Shown here: positions 1 through 9,348 of the stretch, one piece after another
Position numbering within the stretch: the first letter of the stretch is position 1
How the letters are laid out: each line of letters starts with the position of its first letter
Origin: an uncultured Flavobacteriales bacterium
GTDB lineage: Bacteria > Bacteroidota > Bacteroidia > Flavobacteriales_D > Parvicellaceae
Assembly (NCBI GenBank): GCA_943787535.1
Contig: CALSMU010000013.1
Coordinates: 16,529 to 80,528 of the forward strand
Direction: 5' to 3'
DNA length: 64,000 nt
The notes under the pieces: model-generated
The model's database searches: none
Told to the model about the DNA's origin: nothing
The model's input: only the letters and a program-made list of their open reading frames with translations
Translations under genes and position numbers: made by a program

Positions 1-321
1 CAACAATATTGTTTTCTGACAATAATTGATTTTGTGACTGATGATAGATACTTTTTCCCTGCATTAGCGAGCTTGGATTTTTATTAATTGCGGTTTTTAC
101 TACTGCTATTTCCTTGGTTCTAAAGGAATAACTTAAAATAGGTATTTCGTTACAATTATAATTAATAAATATTACCCCACTGAAACTTTTTCAGCAGGAA
201 TCTGTAAGGCAAGAAATTTAGTGTAAGGTGCTTGTGGTCTAGTAGACAACGGAGAATAAAATATAATGTTGCATTAAAAAATATAATTCTAACTTAACAA
301 TTGTCAACCCAATATTAGTTG

Positions 322-329
322 TATTTTTG
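322..329 (+). promoter_or_regulatory. candidate sigma-A -7 box TATTTTTG (fits the Bacteroidota TAnnTTTG consensus)
   Basis: The motif lies 45 nt upstream of the GTG start at 374. This is a motif match only. Confidence 0.3.
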
Positions 330-373
330 ATAGAAATTAGAAATTTTATATTTCAATTATTACAAAAGATAGA

Positions 374-2509
374 GTGTATTCATTTAAGTATATATTAATT
401 TGTTTACTATTTCTGTTAAATACTCTTAAGTTTCAGGCTCAAGCCAATAGAAGTAAATTGGATAGTTTGCTCCAATTATTGGATAATGTTGAGGATACTG
501 CTAGGTTATCTATGTTAAAAAATATATCTGAAGCGTATATCCCATTTAGTTTGGATTCCTCCCACTTGTATGCTAATTTTTTACTTCAAGAAGCAAAAAA
601 CCTCGACAACCTTTCTTTTACAGCCGATGGATTTAATATGATTGGCTATGCCTTAAGGGAAATGCTCAGAATGGAAGAGTCATATGTTTATTTTCAAAAA
701 GCATTGGATTTAAGGCTCGATCTTAAAGAATATGATAAAGCTAGTAATACATTAAACCTCATTGGAACAGCATACCACAGAACAGGAGATGTAGAACAAT
801 CTTTGGATTATTATATGCAGGCAATTGAACAGGCAGAAATAAATGGAAACTCAGAGTATTTAAGTGGTCCCATTAGTAATATTGGGAAGTTATATTCTGA
901 TATGGGAGACAATGAAAAAGCGCTAAAATATGACTTAAGAGCCTTGGCAATTGCTCGAGACTCCGATAATATTGGAGATATGGCCTTGGCTTACAATAAT
1001 TTAGGTACAATTTATCAGGAAACAGGTCATATTGATACGGCCAAACTTTTCTATAAAGAAGCAATGAAGTTATATGACGATACCGAAAACCTTTCAGGAG
1101 CAGCTCATGTTTACAACAATATGGCTATTATTTATTTTATGGAAGGAAATACAGACGAGTCATTAATACATTTTCGAAGAGCTATGGAAATGCGTTTGGC
1201 AAGCAGAGATATGATAAGTTATTCTCAAAGTTTAATGAATATGGGGATCTATTATCAGATGTTAGAAGAATATGATAGTGCAATATATTATACTGATTCT
1301 AGTATTGTTGTGGCCATCGACCATCACGGTTTATTAGAGCAGAAAGATTCCTATTTGGTTTTATCTGAATGCTACGAATCAAAAGGAGATTGTATTAGAG
1401 CTCTAAGTGCATATAAAAGTTTTGTTTTAATTAAGGATAGTGTAATGGATGAAAATGGGTTAAAAAACATCCAGGAAATGGAAACAAAGTATAAAAGCAA
1501 AGAGCAACAAAAGGAGTTAGAGCTCAAAGATTTAAAAATTAAGCAGGAAGCGGAAGAGAAAAAATATGCTGAGAGTAAAAATAATTTTCAGTTTTTAATA
1601 ATTGGTATTACGGGTGCTTGTATGTCACTGATACTGGTCCTAATAGGTAGGGGATATTTTGCTAAAAGAAAATCCAATATAAAATTAGCAGATATTAATG
1701 AAGAATTGGAGAGTCAAAAATCGATTATAGAAGCAAAGAACAAAGATATCACGGATAGTATTTTATATGCGCAAAAAATTCAGGAAGCTATGTTGCATTC
1801 CCAAACAGATATAAGTAATGTTTTTCCAGATTCGTTTGTTATTTACAAACCGAAGGATATAGTTGCAGGCGATTTTTATTGGTGGATAAACGAAGGTAAT
1901 AGGTTTTATTTAGCCGCAGCTGATTGCACTGGCCATGGAGTTCCTGGAGCTATGATAAGTGTAGCTTGTGCTAGTATATTAAATAAAGCATTAAAGGAGT
2001 TGGGGCTTTCCAAACCTTCAGATATACTAGACAAAACCACGGAGTTGGTAGTCGATGCTTTTTCGATAAGTGAAAGCGAACAAACCTATATGAAGGATGG
2101 AATGGATATAGCTCTTTGTGCAATTGAAAAAGGGAAGAAAGAGAGTGTAACTATTGAATTTTCTGGAGCAAATAATCCGTTATGGATATTCCGAAAGAAT
2201 GGGGCATTTGAAGAAATTCGTGGAGATAGACAACCGGTAGGTTATTTTGAGAATCAAAAACCATTTACGAACTCCTCCATCACTTTAGAAAAAGGTGATA
2301 CGATATATATGTTTTCTGATGGCTACACGGATCAGTTTGGAGGAGAAAAAAATAAAAAATTTAAATCCTCTAATTTTAAAAAGAAATTGAGCTCTATACA
2401 GTCTAATTCTTTAGCAGCACAAAAAGAAATTTTAGAGAAGGGATTTGAAGAATGGAAAGGCGATTTTGCTCAAACAGATGATGTTTGTGTTATAGGGCTG
2501 AAAATATAA
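374..2509 (+). CDS. TPR-repeat, single-TM, PP2C-type (SpoIIE family) protein phosphatase
   Basis: The N-terminal signal/anchor is followed by many TPR-like repeats (AYNNLGTIYQETG, VYNNMAIIYFMEG), a coiled coil and a TM helix (FLIIGITGACMSLILVLIG). The C-terminal domain carries PP2C/SpoIIE motifs (VAGDFYWW, AAADCTGHGVPGAM, DGMDIALC, FSDGYTDQFGG, DDVCVIGL). Confidence 0.85.
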   Translation: MYSFKYILICLLFLLNTLKFQAQANRSKLDSLLQLLDNVEDTARLSMLKNISEAYIPFSLDSSHLYANFLLQEAKNLDNLSFTADGFNMIGYALREMLRMEESYVYFQKALDLRLDLKEYDKASNTLNLIGTAYHRTGDVEQSLDYYMQAIEQAEINGNSEYLSGPISNIGKLYSDMGDNEKALKYDLRALAIARDSDNIGDMALAYNNLGTIYQETGHIDTAKLFYKEAMKLYDDTENLSGAAHVYNNMAIIYFMEGNTDESLIHFRRAMEMRLASRDMISYSQSLMNMGIYYQMLEEYDSAIYYTDSSIVVAIDHHGLLEQKDSYLVLSECYESKGDCIRALSAYKSFVLIKDSVMDENGLKNIQEMETKYKSKEQQKELELKDLKIKQEAEEKKYAESKNNFQFLIIGITGACMSLILVLIGRGYFAKRKSNIKLADINEELESQKSIIEAKNKDITDSILYAQKIQEAMLHSQTDISNVFPDSFVIYKPKDIVAGDFYWWINEGNRFYLAAADCTGHGVPGAMISVACASILNKALKELGLSKPSDILDKTTELVVDAFSISESEQTYMKDGMDIALCAIEKGKKESVTIEFSGANNPLWIFRKNGAFEEIRGDRQPVGYFENQKPFTNSSITLEKGDTIYMFSDGYTDQFGGEKNKKFKSSNFKKKLSSIQSNSLAAQKEILEKGFEEWKGDFAQTDDVCVIGLKI

Positions 2510-2566
2510 ACTATTAATATAGTTTATGTTGATTGAAGTCCAAATTTTATGGAATTTCGACTATGA

Positions 2567-3157
2567 CTACTTCAATATTTTCCCAATTGTTTTAAAAATC
2601 AGTTTAATATCTGTAACAAAACTTTTTTGTTCAATGTATTTAAGGTTTAATTCAAGTTTTGCAGGCATTATTTCTTCGATATAAGTTTTTTCAGGATCTT
2701 CCGATTTACCCAATAGTTCATTTTCATTAATATATTCAATTGATGCAAAATCAGATAAACCCGGCCGAACGGAAAGCACGTTTAGTTGTTCTATAGAGTA
2801 CAATTCGACATACCTTCTGACCTCTGGACGTGGTCCAATAATACTCATGTCCCCTTTAATAACGTTTAATAATTGTGGGAATTCATCTAGTTTAAACTTT
2901 CTTAAAAAGTAGCCAATTTTCGTAATTCGAGGATCTCTTTCCCCTACTGTAATTTGACTGCCTTTTTTGGAGTCAGAACGCATCGTTCTGAACTTAAACA
3001 AGCCAAAATTACGGTTATCTTTTCCAACGCGTTGCTGGATAAAAAAGACTCCTCCCTTACTGTCAATTCCTATAAGAAAAGCTATTAGGATAAAAAAGGG
3101 AAGCCCCATAGTTAAAACAACTAGAGAAGATATGATATCGAAAAAACGTTTTAACAT
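2567..3157 (-). CDS. small monotopic undecaprenyl-phosphate sugar-phosphate transferase (bacterial sugar transferase, PglC/WbaP C-domain type)
   Basis: Family-typical motifs are present: FFDIISS..., a re-entrant helix, FKFRTM, DPRITKIG..LRKFKLDEFPQLLNV.KGDMS.IGPRPE. Confidence 0.85.
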   Translation of the reverse strand: MLKRFFDIISSLVVLTMGLPFFILIAFLIGIDSKGGVFFIQQRVGKDNRNFGLFKFRTMRSDSKKGSQITVGERDPRITKIGYFLRKFKLDEFPQLLNVIKGDMSIIGPRPEVRRYVELYSIEQLNVLSVRPGLSDFASIEYINENELLGKSEDPEKTYIEEIMPAKLELNLKYIEQKSFVTDIKLIFKTIGKILK

Positions 3158-3163
3158 TTGTCA

Positions 3164-3171
3164 CAAAAGTA
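3164..3171 (-). promoter_or_regulatory. candidate -7 box (minus strand TACTTTTG)
   Basis: It fits TAnnTTTG and sits only about 7 nt upstream of the start at 3157, which would imply a near-leaderless transcript. Motif match only. Confidence 0.25.
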
Positions 3172-3222
3172 AATTCCTTTTTTTAATTATGTTAATATTA
3201 TATCAGGTTATTATTAATTCTT

Positions 3223-3230
3223 TAATTTTG
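3223..3230 (+). promoter_or_regulatory. candidate -7 box TAATTTTG
   Basis: It fits TAnnTTTG and lies 33 nt upstream of the ATG at 3263. Confidence 0.35.
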
Positions 3231-3262
3231 AATGAGTAAAAAGTAAGCACCTTTAGTTTATT

Positions 3263-4678
3263 ATGGTATTTAACTCATTAGAATTTCTGTTTTTTGGCCT
3301 GCTTTTCTTTTTGCTGTGGCCACTATTCAAAAAGAAAGATACCTCACGTTGGTTGTATTTGGTGTCAGCTTCTTTTTTGTTTTACGGATGGTGGGATTGG
3401 CGCTTTATATTTCTGATTATCGGAAGCGGATTAATTGACTACTTCAGTGGCCTTTGGATAGAGAAATTTCCAAAATACCGAAAGTATTCCCTTATTTTAT
3501 CTCTGATAGGTAACCTAGGGTCTTTATCTATATTTAAGTATAGTTTGTTTTTTGCTACTTCATTAGATAGTCTTTTATTAAAGTTTGGTGTCCATTCGAA
3601 TTTAGCTAATAATATACCCGAATTTGCATTAATACTACCTGTAGGAATTAGCTTTTATACTTTTCAATCTTTGAGTTATACGATTGATATTTATCGAGGA
3701 AGGTTGAAACCAACTAAGAATCTTTTACATTTTTTTAGCTACCTATCGATGTTTCCACAATTAGTAGCTGGGCCAATTGTAAGGGCTAAAGATTTGTTAA
3801 AGCAATTGACAAAGGTTCCATCTGTAAACTCTTTACAAGTATGGCATGGAATAAAATTAATTGTATTCGGATTGTTTCAAAAAGTTGTAATTGCTGATAA
3901 TCTTTCTTTATTTATTGATTCCGCTTTTTCAGGTAGTAAATATTATGAAGGACCCGCATATTGGTGGTTTGTAATGGTAGCATTCGCATTCCAGATTTAT
4001 TGTGATTTTTCTGGATACAGCCTTATTGCTAGAGGATTGGCAAAAACAATGGGGTATCATTTTAAAATGAATTTCAACCATCCTTATTTGTCATCTAGTT
4101 TAAAAGAATTTTGGGGTAGGTGGCATATCTCGCTGTCAACATGGTTCAGAGATTACGTTTATATTCCATTGGGGGGAGCTAGAAGAGGAATCTATTTTGG
4201 GTTATTATTTTTATGGGTAACGATGTTGCTATCAGGCTTATGGCATGGTGCAAACATTACGTTTGTTATCTGGGGAGCCATGCATGCCTTATTTTTAACC
4301 TTGGAAAGGTTTTACGCTAAAGTTAAATTTTTCAGCAGGATACCCAAAGGTCTTTTGATTTTAATAACTTTTATTCAAGCTGTTGTTGCATGGGTGTTTT
4401 TTCGAGCAGAATCTTTTGATCAAAGTATTACAGTATTAAAATCTATGTTTATGTTTCAGAGCTCCGACTTTAAATTTTTAACGACGTATTTTGATGCAAT
4501 GATTTTTTTAGGGACAGCTATTATTATTGAACTAGTCATTCTGTTTAAAAGGTACAAAATATCTGTTCAATCCGTTTATCAAAGATACAATTTAGATGTA
4601 TTGTTTATTTCAATCGCTCTTGTTGCAATTGTAATGTTTAGAGGAGAAGGTCAACAATTCATATACTTTCAGTTTTAA
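3263..4678 (+). CDS. MBOAT-family membrane O-acyltransferase (AlgI/DltB-like)
   Basis: The protein is polytopic. It has the typical N-terminus MVFNSLEFLFF and conserved MBOAT blocks (FWGRWHISLSTWFRDYVYIPLGG and the catalytic-His region SGLWHGA). Confidence 0.9.
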   Translation: MVFNSLEFLFFGLLFFLLWPLFKKKDTSRWLYLVSASFLFYGWWDWRFIFLIIGSGLIDYFSGLWIEKFPKYRKYSLILSLIGNLGSLSIFKYSLFFATSLDSLLLKFGVHSNLANNIPEFALILPVGISFYTFQSLSYTIDIYRGRLKPTKNLLHFFSYLSMFPQLVAGPIVRAKDLLKQLTKVPSVNSLQVWHGIKLIVFGLFQKVVIADNLSLFIDSAFSGSKYYEGPAYWWFVMVAFAFQIYCDFSGYSLIARGLAKTMGYHFKMNFNHPYLSSSLKEFWGRWHISLSTWFRDYVYIPLGGARRGIYFGLLFLWVTMLLSGLWHGANITFVIWGAMHALFLTLERFYAKVKFFSRIPKGLLILITFIQAVVAWVFFRAESFDQSITVLKSMFMFQSSDFKFLTTYFDAMIFLGTAIIIELVILFKRYKISVQSVYQRYNLDVLFISIALVAIVMFRGEGQQFIYFQF

Positions 4679-4684
4679 AGAGTT

Positions 4685-5593
4685 ATGACAGCAAAATATA
4701 AAATTATATTCTTCTTACCCATAGCTTTGATTATTGGAATGGTGCTAAAAATGGTATTGCCAACTCCCAATTTAAATGATGCATACCGCGATTATTGTTG
4801 GGTTAAAAAAACGCATTCAACAGAACAATTCAATATACTGGCAATTGGCGATTCTAGGATTTATAAAGGTGTAAATCCAACTTATTTATTAGATGTTAAT
4901 TCAGAATTTAACGCAGTCAATCTCGGTTACTCCAGTACTGGGTATAGCAAAGAATACCTCTCTTTTGTGTCTAACCGCATAAAGGAAAAAGGAAAAAGAG
5001 TAATCTTATCTGGTATTACACCTTATAGCTTTACTCCTGAAGCACTAAAGAATGAGCATTACAAATCATTCCATGATAAAAATACAATGGAAGTTTATAA
5101 AATGCTTTATTTATCTGTTTATTTGAAGAGTTTTCCAAGGTATTCTCCCGAGGAAATATGGGATTATTTTACTGATGCTTCAATTACCTATTTATATTAT
5201 AATGATTTTAAAGAGAATGGTTGGGTAAAATCATATAAATTTCCATTTGACTCAACGGCTGGATTAATCCCTTATAGAAAGAATTTTGTTGACAATACAT
5301 CTGATGATACTGCAGTAGAAGAGTATTTAAATTGGGTTAAAAAGATGTCGGACAAAGATGTTGAGATTATTGGGTTTAGACCTCCTTCAACGCTCGCAAT
5401 GGAACAGTTGGAGGACTCGCTTAGTGGTTTTAATTATTCCAGTTTTATTAGTAAGTTTAAGCAAAATGGAGGTGTGTGGTTAACTTTTTCATTGAAGGAC
5501 TACGTTAGTTACGATGGCAGCCACCTTCATTATGAATCAGCAAATAAGTTTTCAAAAAATCTTGGTTTGAAAATCGAGAAATACCTTAAGTAG
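4685..5593 (+). CDS. membrane-anchored SGNH/AlgJ-DltD-like putative acyl-transfer partner of the MBOAT protein
   Basis: The start is 7 nt after the MBOAT stop. It has an N-terminal TM helix, a GDS-type block (ILAIGDSRIY) and a C-terminal D..H block (YDGSHLHY). The function is assigned from context plus these motifs. Confidence 0.5.
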   Translation: MTAKYKIIFFLPIALIIGMVLKMVLPTPNLNDAYRDYCWVKKTHSTEQFNILAIGDSRIYKGVNPTYLLDVNSEFNAVNLGYSSTGYSKEYLSFVSNRIKEKGKRVILSGITPYSFTPEALKNEHYKSFHDKNTMEVYKMLYLSVYLKSFPRYSPEEIWDYFTDASITYLYYNDFKENGWVKSYKFPFDSTAGLIPYRKNFVDNTSDDTAVEEYLNWVKKMSDKDVEIIGFRPPSTLAMEQLEDSLSGFNYSSFISKFKQNGGVWLTFSLKDYVSYDGSHLHYESANKFSKNLGLKIEKYLK

Positions 5594-6799
5594 TTATCCT
5601 AGGACTTCTTGTACAGAATCTGCCACAGCCTTAATTACTGTGTCTATTTGTTCGTTGGTTAAATTAAACCAAACGGGAAGTGTAATCTCATTATGATAAT
5701 TATCGAAAGTTGTTGGGTAGTCTTTTATATCATACCCCTTTCCCTTATAGAAAGAAAGCATTGGCAATGGAATGTAGTGAACATTAACGGCTACTTGTTT
5801 TTCTCCTATTTTATTGATAATCGTATCTCTTTGAAATTCAGAGCAGCTATTGATTCGAAGCATATATAAATGAAAAGAAGATTTTTTATCTTTAGTTTCA
5901 TAAAAAGGTGTATTTGCCCAATTATATTTAGCTAGCCCTTTAGTGTACCGCTCAAAAATCTCTTTCCTCCGATTTAATGTTTCTGGATAGCGTTCTAATT
6001 CTACTAACCCAATGGCAGCTTGTAAATCAGTCATATTACATTTGAAACCTGCTTCAACGATATCATATCGCCAAGCACCAATTTGAACTTTACTAAAAGC
6101 ATCTTTTGTTTGTCCGTGAAGAGAGCTAATTTTGAAGCGTTTTTGTAACTCTTCATGGTTAAATTTATCTGCAACATTAAATACAACTGCTCCTCCTTCA
6201 GCGGTGGTGAGATTCTTAACTGCGTGAAATGAGAAAGAACTCATATCAGCAATTAATCCCGCCTTCTTTCCTTTGTATGAAGCACCAATAGAATGTGCAG
6301 AATCAGAGACTAATACGATTCGTCCAAATTTTTCTTGCACATCATTTTTGGCAGAAAACAATTCTTTTTTCTCTTCAATGATGTTGAATAACTCTTCGTA
6401 GTCAGCAGGCATCCCAGCAATGTCGACCGGTATTATTACCTTTGTTTTTCTCGTAATTGCGTTTTTAACGGCAGCACAATTAATGTTAAAATCAATACTA
6501 TTGACGTCTACCATAACTGGTTTAGCACCCGTATGCGTCACAACATTTGCTGTGGCGGTATATGTGTAAGCTGGTATTATTACTTCGTCTCCTTCTCCTA
6601 TTCCTAGCCAATGTAAAATGAGCTGCAATCCTGCAGTTGCAGAACCTAAAGCAACAACATGGTCTGCGCCAACGTATTGAGCCAAATTTTCTTCAAACTT
6701 CTTCGTTTTTGGGCCAGTAGAGATCCAACCAGATTTTAGAGAATCTGTAACTTCATCTATGGTTTTTTGATCTATTCTAGGTGGAGAAAATGGTATCAT
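5594..6799 (-). CDS. DegT/DnrJ/EryC1/StrS-family PLP-dependent sugar aminotransferase
   Basis: N-terminus IPFSPPRIDQ..I.EV...L.SGWISTGP, plus DSAHSIGA and the PLP-lysine block SFSFHAVKNLTTAEGG. Confidence 0.9.
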   Translation of the reverse strand: MIPFSPPRIDQKTIDEVTDSLKSGWISTGPKTKKFEENLAQYVGADHVVALGSATAGLQLILHWLGIGEGDEVIIPAYTYTATANVVTHTGAKPVMVDVNSIDFNINCAAVKNAITRKTKVIIPVDIAGMPADYEELFNIIEEKKELFSAKNDVQEKFGRIVLVSDSAHSIGASYKGKKAGLIADMSSFSFHAVKNLTTAEGGAVVFNVADKFNHEELQKRFKISSLHGQTKDAFSKVQIGAWRYDIVEAGFKCNMTDLQAAIGLVELERYPETLNRRKEIFERYTKGLAKYNWANTPFYETKDKKSSFHLYMLRINSCSEFQRDTIINKIGEKQVAVNVHYIPLPMLSFYKGKGYDIKDYPTTFDNYHNEITLPVWFNLTNEQIDTVIKAVADSVQEVLG

Positions 6800-6829
6800 A
6801 TATTATATCTATGCGGTACAAAAGTACTA

Positions 6830-8101
6830 TTATTTGGTGGTTTCAGGTTTGAACTTGCCAATAAATATATAGGTGACAACCATAATCAATAAGTAAAAGA
6901 AACTTTGCGTAAAGGTAAACCACCAAAGACTTGTGAAATTATTATTATACATATCGTGTGAGTAGCTTATGCTGAAGTAAACCAAAATGATATGTAGACA
7001 ATTAAAAAGTAGCATTTCTTTTTGACGTCCTAGCTTTATATAAATGTAAGACAGGGAAGAGGATACGAACATTATTCCCATCCAGATTGACATTATTTTC
7101 ATAACTTCCAAAGTTCCATTCCAGGCTTTTCCCAGTATTAATTCGTCCCATGTATTTGGAATAAATTGCATAATGATTACACCTATAACAGCAATTAAAA
7201 AAAGACGTAAAAACCAAAAAGTGTAGTTTTTTCTTAGTTCCTCTTTGGATTCTATAGTGCTTAGCTTACTGTAATATACTTGCGCAAACGATGTGGTGAT
7301 TACAGCAATACTTACTCCTAGATAATGATAGGCAGAACCAATTTTACCACTAAAGTCGTCACCGTAATATTTCATAAAAAGGTCAATGAGTAAAAAATTA
7401 ACTACACCGCCAAGCAGCACGCTTGGGGAAGTGAAGTAGATAAATTTATTGTGTTTTACGATCATTCTTTTTTCATCTCCTTTTTCTTTTTGTATTGCAG
7501 GTCTATTCTTTAGGTATTTAAAGAAAAATATTAAGTTTGAAACCAGTAATCCTATAGTTCTTCCGTAAATAAGCCCAAATGATTTTATGTTTGAAATTGC
7601 GAATACCACCTGACCAAAAAGAGAAGTAGAGTTTTGGGATACTTTATTGACACTCATTAATTTAAACGAATTCTTCCATGTAAACCATGAGTTAAAAACC
7701 TGTGTGAAGCCTAAACAAATAACGGTAACTGGGAGTAAAATTAATAGATAAATGTTATTTGTTACCTTCATTAAATTGCTGTCAAATTGCGAATAAGCAA
7801 TTAGAGTTATAAAACTAATTAGTCCGGTAATTAGTACAAGTTTCAAGCTTAAATTAGTTAGCAGTCGAGCAGCATTTTCATTCTTTTCCAATACGATTCC
7901 TGTTTCAAGCTTTAAAGCACTTATTCCAACAAATATTGCAGCAAACTCATAGAATAATTTGAAATTAGCAAACTCCTCTGGGCCATAGTAATACCGTTGA
8001 ATATAAATTAATCCTAGTAGTGAAATCATCTGAGCTATAACATTCCCTGTCATTAAGGTCAGTACATTTTTAATAAATGATTTGTTTTTGGAATTGCTCA
8101 A
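6830..8101 (-). CDS. Wzx-type (MOP superfamily) polysaccharide flippase, copy 1
   Basis: About 12 predicted TM helices. N-terminus KNVLTLMTGNVIAQ and ...Y.PEEF are typical of polysaccharide biosynthesis (PST) proteins. There is a 4-nt overlap with the upstream gene. Confidence 0.75.
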   Translation of the reverse strand: MSNSKNKSFIKNVLTLMTGNVIAQMISLLGLIYIQRYYYGPEEFANFKLFYEFAAIFVGISALKLETGIVLEKNENAARLLTNLSLKLVLITGLISFITLIAYSQFDSNLMKVTNNIYLLILLPVTVICLGFTQVFNSWFTWKNSFKLMSVNKVSQNSTSLFGQVVFAISNIKSFGLIYGRTIGLLVSNLIFFFKYLKNRPAIQKEKGDEKRMIVKHNKFIYFTSPSVLLGGVVNFLLIDLFMKYYGDDFSGKIGSAYHYLGVSIAVITTSFAQVYYSKLSTIESKEELRKNYTFWFLRLFLIAVIGVIIMQFIPNTWDELILGKAWNGTLEVMKIMSIWMGIMFVSSSLSYIYIKLGRQKEMLLFNCLHIILVYFSISYSHDMYNNNFTSLWWFTFTQSFFYLLIMVVTYIFIGKFKPETTK

Positions 8102-9348
8102 GTAGATTGAATTATTGAATTAACCGATTTATCTTGTTTTTGTTGCATTAATACAGCAAAGAATAAAGTATTAAAAAAGGCATAAAAGATTACTCCGGAT
8201 TGCGTTTCAAGCATTGCTTCCGAAAAGAAATTTAAAGATAAAATACTAATGAATATTGCATATAGAGCTTGTTTATTTTTAAAGCACATAATTAAAGGAA
8301 CAAACAATAGAAGCAGAAGAGTGATTCCTCCAATTAAACCAGCATCTAATGTGGACTGTAAATATTGATTGTGAGCATTGAATTGCTTGTCTAGGAGAAA
8401 TCCGAGGTTGTGGTTTTTGTATTGTTTGGTTAATGCAAGTTTACTGTCACCAGCACCATAGCCAAACAATGGCTTTTCTATAATTAAGTCTGAAGAGATT
8501 TCCCAAATCAGCTTTCTTGATTGGGTAGAAGAAAAACGAGTGCCTTCTGTCTCTCCAGAAATATTGTAGAATAGGTCATTTACTCTTGATTTCATTGTCG
8601 GTGAAAAGGTGTAAAATAGAAAAGTTCCTGCGATGATAGTAACTAGTGCGATTCCTCCTTTTACAAAGTTTTTGTGTTTAATAATCCAATATAATAATGC
8701 TGAAAAGTGTATGATTAGTAGTATTATCCAGCCTGATTTAGAAGAAAGTAAAATGATTATTGTGGTAAAGAAAACAATCAGAAAAAAGCTTATTACAGGT
8801 TTTAGGTAGAAACTCTTGGATGGAGAAAATGCGTAATAATAGAGTATAGATAATCCAAAGCAAAGGTACATTGAGAAGTAGCTAGCATGACTAAAAATTG
8901 ATAGTTTAGAATAGACTAAATTGGTTGCATCGGCTGAATAATAATATTGCAAAAAAGCATGAATTAAGACAAGTACACAAGCCACAAATGCTCCTTCTGT
9001 AAATGATTTTAAAACAGGTGTAAAGGTTTTTTTAAAATTTAACTTTGAAAATTGGAAAGCAATTGGAAAGGCTAATAAGGATAGTTTTGTTTCAAGATTC
9101 ATTCCCCCAATCCCTTTATTTTCACTATAGGCAATGCTAATTAAAGAGACGAAGAAAATGGGTGTTAACCAAAGAATTGATTTTTTATAATTTTTCAAGC
9201 GTATTTCTTTCCATCGGTTGTTTATGCATGATGTAATGATGAAAAACAGAATGCCAATTGGAATTATTTCTTTAAACAATGGGAGAATAAAGCCCAGTAG
9301 CAATATGGAATAATAATTAGCTTTATATTTGAGGTCAATTCCTTGCAC
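8098..9348 (-). CDS. O-antigen ligase/polymerase family (Wzy_C-type) membrane protein
   Basis: Polytopic, with a periplasmic loop carrying a GYGAGDS...NAHNQYLQSTLDAGLIGG block that is characteristic of the O-antigen ligase-like domain. Confidence 0.75.
   Translation of the reverse strand: MQGIDLKYKANYYSILLLGFILPLFKEIIPIGILFFIITSCINNRWKEIRLKNYKKSILWLTPIFFVSLISIAYSENKGIGGMNLETKLSLLAFPIAFQFSKLNFKKTFTPVLKSFTEGAFVACVLVLIHAFLQYYYSADATNLVYSKLSIFSHASYFSMYLCFGLSILYYYAFSPSKSFYLKPVISFFLIVFFTTIIILLSSKSGWIILLIIHFSALLYWIIKHKNFVKGGIALVTIIAGTFLFYTFSPTMKSRVNDLFYNISGETEGTRFSSTQSRKLIWEISSDLIIEKPLFGYGAGDSKLALTKQYKNHNLGFLLDKQFNAHNQYLQSTLDAGLIGGITLLLLLFVPLIMCFKNKQALYAIFISILSLNFFSEAMLETQSGVIFYAFFNTLFFAVLMQQKQDKSVNSIIQST

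Noticed and set aside
1-68. Possible minus-strand ORF start (MQGKSIYHQSQNQLLSENNIV...) running off the left edge.
   Set aside because: Only about 22 codons are visible, with no motif. That is too short to call.
2510-2566. Weak imperfect hairpin (GTCCAAATT...AATTTCGAC) between the convergent phosphatase and sugar-transferase genes. Considered as a bidirectional terminator.
   Set aside because: The stem has a mismatch, is AT-rich and lacks flanking U-tracts. It is not strong enough to list as a feature.
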